A stretch of 61,493 nt of DNA, the filler included, from Choristocarpus tenellus KU-1152 (lineage: Eukaryota > Protista > Phaeophyceae), in assembly GCA_964200185.2 (NCBI GenBank). It is 11 parts of 11 records of this genome, joined end to end, with 100 filler letters (N's around TTAATTAATTAA, not from the genome) between each part and the next. Parts side by side here need not be neighbours in the genome. Positions count along the whole stretch, not along the records: positions 52,503 to 57,506 come from CAXNAD020012201.1; positions 57,607 to 61,493 come from CAXNAD020017359.1; 9 more parts are not named here. One strand, 5' to 3'. The notes beneath the pieces are model-generated. The model did not search any database. It was given only the letters and a program-made list of their open reading frames with translations, and was not told where the DNA came from. Every line of letters starts with the position of its first letter. Position 1 is the first letter of the stretch. This document shows, in pieces, positions 54,388 through 61,493 of the stretch. The position numbers and the translations under genes were made by a program.

Positions 54388-57300
54388 ATGCTAGCTTTTG
54401 TTTTTGCAATGTCTTTTGGTATCGTTTCTGCAGTCCTTACCTCCCAACAAAGTGTGTCCCTGCAGTTTCGTGGGATATTCTTAAGACCAGAGATGGTATA
54501 CAAGAAAATGTCACCAATACGACCGCACCAATTCGGAACAGATGGTGGGGATGGTGATTTGGACTCCTTAGATGGGAAACTGCAATCGTGTTCGGTTGAT
54601 AAATCGAGTCCGCCACTGGAGATTCTGTACAGGGATGGCGACGGAGCGTGAGTTCTGTGCATTGTTTGCGGGGGTGCTTGGAGCAGTTTCGTGACAAAGG
54701 GAAGGGTGCAAGGCAATATTTGCCTCGTAACTTGTCAAACCCTCAACCACTTTCAACATGAAGGGCTAGCTCTTCTTCGTATAGTTCTGATGTACAAGCA
54801 ACTTTGAAATCGCGGCTGTCACATTCCAACCCATCCTTACGTGTGTGCACTCTAGGATTGACAAGACCCAAACAGAGGGACCAAACGGTGTGCTTTAGGT
54901 CTCCCTGTATTCATGTCCCCTACAATCTTCCATGGCGATATGCCATTTTTTCCAAGACCTGCAGCAGGCTGTTTCAAATGTGTTCCAATCTTGCCCATAG
55001 TTTGGGTACGAGGGATCAGAAAAGAGACAACTCATACCTGTATACTTCTCCCTACGTCGTTTGTCACTCCTTTACGTCCTATCTACGTCCCTAGGGTGGT
55101 GTGCAAGCCGCCTCTCATGCACGTGCACAGTCCCACATTCGGATCTAAAGACAAGGAGTTCGTGCTGCAAAAAGGTGGTGTTTTGTAGCAATGAGAGCTC
55201 AGAAATGAAGCTCAAAGTTTTTTTCGCAGTCTGACCCCCTCTCTTTCGAAGATAAGTGTTCTCGTGGAACACCTTTTTTTCTGAGAATCAGTGCAATGAG
55301 GAGCAGTTTCAGATATGCTAGCCCCCCCCACAAATTATTTATCCATTTTGACTTGTCAATCTGTCTAATGTACCACACAACTGATAGATGAGAAATATCC
55401 CTTTGGTGGAAAGTATGCGCTGAAACAAACAAGCGTCGTACTGTTCAACCAGCTAATTTGGAAAGTCCAGCTTTGTGAGGAGACTTCCCTGCTCTAACAT
55501 TATTGCAATCGATCCGATGTTGCTGTCTGCCTCCCCTCCCTCAGCCTTGTCCCCAATATCTTACCCCTCCCCTCCCTACCCTGCATCGCTCCATTCACAA
55601 CCTTGTTTTTATCCAGCAAGAGACCAGCTGGGTCAGTACGTTTACTTTCCTCATAGACTGGATAGAGGCACCTCTGGATGCCTCCTCATTGCCTTCACCA
55701 AGGAGGGCACAGCGGTGAACCCTTCCCCCTGTCTCCTTCCCACCAGCCTGTCTGACCACCAATGACTGCTCCTCATTGTGAAACGACCTAATAATTGTTG
55801 TTGGTTTCAACATTTTCTTCCACTCAAGCCCCCCTTCCAAACAGCTCCCCTCCACCTTCTTTCCCCTGTATTGGGTCATGCGCAACCAGCATGCCTTAAA
55901 GTGTATCCCTCTCTTCAAACCCCAAACTCTAGTTGAGATTCAATCAATGAAAGGGACTGATGGGAGAAAGTACCTAACCTTGCATGCGGATACGTTCAGA
56001 TGCATGGAAACTTGTGACCTAAATTAGTGCAGGAGTTGGGGGAACAGAATCTGTGCTGGAGAGACAAAATGGACATGCACCGTGGATTCCACTGACTGTT
56101 CGACACAGATTTCCTGAATCCAACTGCTTGTTTTGTCAAATCTCTATCGTCAGCATTGTATCCCATCCTGTCTTTGGCTGTAGATTCTCTTTGGTCCCCC
56201 ACCTTTTCATATCCAGCTTGTAGTGACAGAATTTCCCCTTGCATAATGATGATGTGCAGCTTTTTCTGTGACATACTCTCTCAAGCTACTCTATCAACTC
56301 ACCTTGCAGGCACTTCAGCAAGCCCTTTCCAGTCCTCGAGCCCGGAAAACCTATGTGGCCCTCGTTAGAGGCAGTGGTGCAGCATATGTGGGAAGGGGAT
56401 GGTTCAAGGTACAGCTGCACTTTTTGTCCCACTCCCACTTTCCTTTCGAAGACGTAGAAGATGAGATACAGGATTTGGTCTACCTGAGCTCAGAAATAAG
56501 GAGGGAGTGGAGTGATGGTGGTGATATTGAGACCTCCAAAAACCCATTGTACTGGGAGTAGTGCCTTGAGCTTGTGGATGTTGAGGGAGGGCATTTCTGA
56601 GATGGAAAGAGAGGTCACCAAATGGGATGATAAGCTATCTTTTTACATGGGCATTATTTGGGTTGACCAGGTTGTTTAATCTCCTATGCCCTATGCCTAG
56701 CTTGCTTGTAAAGCTAATGTAAGAGTATGTGAGGGAGGGTGACTGGTGAACCAGTTTGAGCAAGAGGGAATCGTGCCGAAGATTGAGAGACATGGGAGGG
56801 TATCCAACTAAGGGCATCACTTCTACCTACTGAATATTGACTAGAGTATTTACATAATATATTAACGAGTGTAAACGTTCACCCCCCAAAAGCTTTCACG
56901 TTGTCGTCTCGACCACCCCCTTACATGCTTTGTATCAGGCAGAAGGTGCAGAGGACATGTGGTAAAACAAATGCAAAGATAAGAGTATTTCATGTTGTAG
57001 AGGATAAATCCCGTCCGAAAAATTGAACTTGCTGATCCCAGCATGGCATTCTCTGCCAACAGAGAGGTGGAATGGAATAGAGGGTAAGATGTGCTGTGAA
57101 GAATGTGATGTGTCACCTTATCCTAACCCCAACACTACCCCCTATTTGCACATACACCCACCCCTTGCCGTGCAGCACCCCATCAGATATCTAACGCTAC
57201 CCCTCCCCCTCCTCCCTACACACGCTCACCCTGCCCTCACTGCATGTTCCTGATGGCCTTGTTATCTCCTGTATATCGCGACCACCTGCTTGACTCGTGG

Positions 57301-57457
57301 CAAACTGGGATGTGTCTGTTCACTCTGGTCGAAAGGTTGATCGACCAATCAAGGACTCCAAAAAGAAACTCAAGAACGCCTCTACACGATTTCTGTTTGT
57401 GGCCGGCAGTGTTGACCCACGATGCTGTGTTGTACTTGCCCAACCATGCACAGGCCG
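54388..57457 (+). CDS. RluA-family (TruC-like) pseudouridine synthase with N-terminal presequence, partial
   Basis: Exons 54388-54647, 55095-55174, 55617-55714, 56310-56408 and 57336-57457 give LEILYRD, VVCKPP..HVH, catalytic HRLDRGTSG, KTYVALVRG and PCTGR. Confidence 0.9.
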
Positions 57458-57625
57458 GTGCGTTTATTGTGCATTGAGTTTGCCTTTTAGATTGATCCCC
57501 CTAACCNNNNNNNNNNNNNNNNNNNNNNNNNNNNNNNNNNNNNNNNNNNNTTAATTAATTAANNNNNNNNNNNNNNNNNNNNNNNNNNNNNNNNNNNNNN
57601 NNNNNNGGGGGGGGGTGAAAAAAAG

Positions 57626-58691
57626 GTCAACTCTGGGGCTTTTGGTAACCCTTGGGTACCTGACAACCTCAATGCAGGCTCTCTGGAGTTGTTCTTTCTG
57701 TTGGTGGCGTTTCTTGTGTTTGCGAGGTGAGTACAACCACCAGCACTGAACACCATTTTTTTTGGAAAATATGCCGGAGGAAGAGTTGAGTGGGGTGTGG
57801 TAAAGTTGTTAAGAAATTGAGCTGGATTGTCTTGTTGGGAAGTGGATTATCGAGGAGGTTTCAGGTTGATCAGGATCTGAGCTACCTTACTTATTGATAG
57901 AGGTGGCGTGTCAGTTATTTGAAGGACAGAAGAAAAAAAAAGAATTTAGTTGTGGGGGTAAGAAAGAAACATAAACCATTGAGCTGCCTCACTATTGCTT
58001 TGTGTTGGCCATAGGAAGGGGGGGGGGGAGGGAGGATCGCCATTGGTAAATCTTGTGTTGCCTCACATTCCTGCCAACTTGTTTGTGTGGTGGTTGTTGG
58101 ATAATCTACTACTACGTATCTGCTCAGCAGTTGTTGAGCTGTGACTCTTGGGTTTGAAAGGGTAATTGACTAGAGATTGCTAGACTTGCTCTGTGAACGT
58201 TTGGTCTTTCAAATTTGCACATAACTTACGTCTTGCCCTTCATTGTCTTGCCACTAGGTTCAACAGTAGTAGGGTATGTTTATTTGTCCCGTTACCCCTC
58301 ACCCTCTTGCCACTGGTATCTCTTGCTTACGTACACCTCACTACTGCCTGTGACTTCTTGGTACTGTTCTTGGTCTCCTCGTCCTTGTCCTTGCCTTCAA
58401 AGCTTTGCGGCCTTTGTAGTGGTGTCGATGCGATACACCTACCAGGGCAAGGGACAAGCACCAACACTGCCCCCCACTTGCCCTGTTGAATCAAGCGCAG
58501 CTGGGCTTACTAGCCTCAGTGCCCCGTTGCTGGGCCTTGACCAAGAGGAAGGGCTGGGGAGGCTTGTAGAGAGTAGTGGTCTTAATTCAGAAAGGAGATT
58601 GAGGGTTGATGAGGAGGGAGGATGTGGGCGAGAGAATGGTTTGTTGGAGAGTGCGCCATTGCTCAGGGTAACACCCTCCTCAACTGACTGA
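57626..58691 (+). CDS. POT/PTR (NPF/SLC15) proton-dependent peptide/nitrate transporter, last two exons
   Basis: 57626-57726 (PWVPDNLNAGSLELFFLLVAFLVFA) and 58403-58691 (SFAAFVVVSMRYTY...*) match the family C-terminal pattern WxxDNLNxGxLDxFF...F...RYxY. Confidence 0.85.
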
Positions 58692-60881
58692 TCCATGCTG
58701 CTGCCATCTCCCCTTAATGTTTGACAAAATCGATGGGATGTTATCTTTGCCTTCATGAAACGTTGCATATTTGTACATATCTGGCTGGGTATTCATCCAT
58801 GAAGTTTGTGTTATTGTTGCTATTCTGTACTTCCTTTTGGAAAATAAGAGGGCTGGACTGAGGTGTACTGTGGGCGATGTGTTGCATGTGCTGTTTTTGA
58901 GAAAGGCATTCAGTTGGGAGGTGTTGGAGTATTCTCCTCTCCAGACTTCCCTTTCCTCCTCCCTCTATCCTCTTTGTTATCATTGACCAAATTTTGAAGT
59001 TTGTAGAATGGAGCTTCTACATATTATTTTGCTTGTGTGGGGTAACTGGCTCTCCCTGTCATCAACCCAAGGTAATGATTCAGGGTTGCTCTGCTGTCCA
59101 AACTTTTACGTTGTGAGAGGCTGTATATTATTATGCTCTACTTGGTAGTGGAATACAACCTGATGGGGAAGTGTTCCGGAATTGGGTCTTTGTGGTATTC
59201 ATCGTATGGAGCTTCAACCAGTGGTGCGCCTTCTCAGTTCATGCCTTGGCCACTCGCAAGAGATGGGTGTCGCGACTCAACTTCGTGTGACGTTTTCTGA
59301 AGGGTGATGAGGATGCGTTGAGTAAGTTTGGGGTGTGTGTTTGAGGACAAAGCCTCAGGTGTGCAGGCGTGTTTAGTGTAGCCATGTGCACAGTAGTGCA
59401 TACTGTTTGTGTTGTGTTTTGTGTATGGTTCTTTTTTTTTCCTTCCAAATTTTGTTACTTCTGTGGTTTGTGAGAAAATATTGGAAAAGTCAGCTTGTAT
59501 GCTAGAGGAAGAGGTACCAAGTATAAAGCTGTCTTATGTCGGTCCGATGATTTTGAATTTCGTGTATGTTGTACAGTGTATAGTGAAGTTACGACACATT
59601 GAATGACAAAGTCCATGACAAAATGGACACAGTGTAGACACACGTTTATTTTGGGCCTCTGCTGATATCATACACTTGTAAATTCTTGAAGGTAGTTGAT
59701 TAAACCAAGGATGTTCTAGTGATGCAACCAATTTATGTGACAACCATGCCATGTGCCCTTGCTGAAGTGGGCTGCTTGTGACCATCAAGTAGTTCTATTT
59801 TTTCAGGCTTTTCATGTTGAGGCTACATGCTGTATCGCTTAACAAAAAAAATGTCTCCGGAAATGAGTAAGCGACCAATAACTGTTGTGAAACGTTAGTG
59901 AATCTCGAACCAAACATGAGCACTCTGAAATGCTGTATTGCATGGAAGTCAATAGTACTCTATTGTTCAACTGTACTAATTTTGGAGGAGAAAATAAGAA
60001 TTTGAAGAAATGTATCTGGAGTAGTTACTTCTCCGTCATAACTAACTGCTTTTGTCATCGAAGCTGCCTCTTGGACAGGGGAGGGTCCTATAAAACCTGG
60101 TAGCACCATCAGACTTTTGATAGATTAGGTTCCTCTTTTCTCATTAACTACTATGAGCACAACGTATTATATTGCATTTTTAGTAATGTGTATCATAATT
60201 ATTTTGTTTTTTCCTTTGAATAACACATGATGACTCGTCATTATGTAGTGTTACTAATGAGTGAAAGTAATACTGCTACAGCTCGAAGGTCAGGGTTGTT
60301 ATTTGGTCACTGACTGAAGTCTTGTGGATGGTAAGCTACAGCATAGTATTGTTAGAAGGTTTTTTTAACATTGGGAATAGTAGTGACGATGTGCTACATT
60401 CATACGTAAAATACTTCTACCAACCGTGACAATGTGTACACTCGGTCAAATGATATCCTTCCGAAAGACGAATCAGAGTGACCATCTATTCCTCATGAAG
60501 AGTAGGACTATTGGAAATGTCGATGTTTAAGTGACACCAATAATAGCTTATGCCTGCTGAGCAGTCTTGCTTGTTTTCACAGTCATGCCACAAGAATAAT
60601 ACAACATATTACACCAAATGAAAGCTTATTATGACAAGAGCTTTTGATCGAACGTATGAATGTACAAGCTTCGGTTAACGGGAGCTATGCCCAGATCAAA
60701 TAATGCCAAAAATGAGGAACATCTGAGGTGCAACTTTGACGGTTGCAACTTTACAAGGTACAAAAATGAAGTGGTTGACTGAATTTGTTGGTAGAAACTA
60801 AGGTGAGTTAGGTCGCTGCACAAGTATGGTGCATGTGCCAATACTGAAAAAGAAAGCAAGATTTGTCAACATCCTTTCAGG

Positions 60882-61315
60882 GCCATGTGCGGACAGGCTG
60901 TGAGCACGCACATGGGTGACCCACACAGCAACATGAACCAAGAAGGTGAGACAAGGAGAGTCGTCGAGGTCACTCTGCCCCCTCGATCTACCCTCAGCAC
61001 CTTCTCTGTCGAGAGGCAACGGAAAAGCAAGTACCGTGTGACACTCAGTTTGATGTTAGGCGACGAGAAAGTGCGAGTTAGTGTGGCGCAGCAGCACGAT
61101 CAAATCGTGCAATGGACCACGCGGCCGCGACACTGACGCTGAGAGAAAATGCATGGAAAGCATTACCACACAAACGTGGTTGGATCTTCAACCGCTGCGG
61201 AGTCATAGTAAAGGCAGGTGCGGAGACTTTTCGATACCACCAAATTCCTTACTTTGAAGAGGCCGCAAAGCAGGTGGGGGTAGGCATCTATGAGGTCGCC
61301 AGGGAAGAAGAGGAG
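60882..61315 (+). other. Coding-like segment (two overlapping frames) ending at a GTGAG donor; unidentified gene or pseudogene
   Basis: ORFs 60885-61136 and 61112-61315, with an acceptor-like TTTCAG at 60876-60881. No recognised motif. Confidence 0.3.
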
Positions 61316-61319
61316 GTGA

Positions 61320-61493
61320 GGCTCAAAGTATCTGGAGGGGGGGGGTGGCAGCTGTCCATTTGGGGACAATTTTTTCATGTGAGATTTTTGAGTGATTTGG
61401 TTGCATACGTCGGATGGATAATGTAAGTGCACTTTTCCTGGTTATGGCCCAAATGGACACCCTCGTGTAGACGCCCCCTCCCCCCCCACAGAC
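61320..61493. mobile_element. MITE family 2 copy, nearly complete at the window end
   Basis: GGCTCAAAGTATCTGG-polyG...TGTCCATTTGGG...CCCAAATGGACA...polyC-CAGAC. Confidence 0.88.

Noticed and set aside
58804-59290. Possible two-exon membrane peptide after the POT stop codon
   Set aside because: It lies in the probable 3' UTR, has no start or homology, and GT-rich DNA readily yields hydrophobic translations.

Overview
This is eukaryotic DNA, not one locus. It is about 11 short draft contigs joined by 100-nt artificial linkers (N44-TTAATTAATTAA-N44), so neighbours across linkers are not real neighbours. The organism is inferred to be an ochrophyte alga, probably a brown alga or close relative, from its intron-rich genes, a transketolase with a bipartite SAA-F plastid presequence, and brown-algal-like RTE LINE remnants. 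Genes modelled by hand: a complete 11-exon plastid transketolase, a complete 170-aa Cys-rich protein, and partial genes for a type II CPxCP-stalk protein, a Cdc24-OB-fold protein, a membrane-anchored PhoD, ACADS, SPT6, UTP13/TBL3, a BRK-like domain protein, an RD-rich RanBP2-zinc-finger protein, an RluA/TruC pseudouridine synthase and a POT/PTR transporter. Mobile DNA is abundant: a Ty3/Gypsy family (4 LTR pieces), two or three MITE families sharing one TIR, a CAC-TIR DNA element in two sizes, an inverted ~83-bp repeat array, and RTE and Copia-like remnants. The most notable patterns are frequent AAG splice acceptors (7 of 40 modelled introns), dispersed short TTAGGG arrays, a PPT-LTR-PBS junction and an LTR hairpin with a compensatory change. 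No CRISPR, rRNA or tRNA gene was found, and I cannot support a claim of a wholly new multi-gene system. All family assignments come from motif recognition, not database searches.
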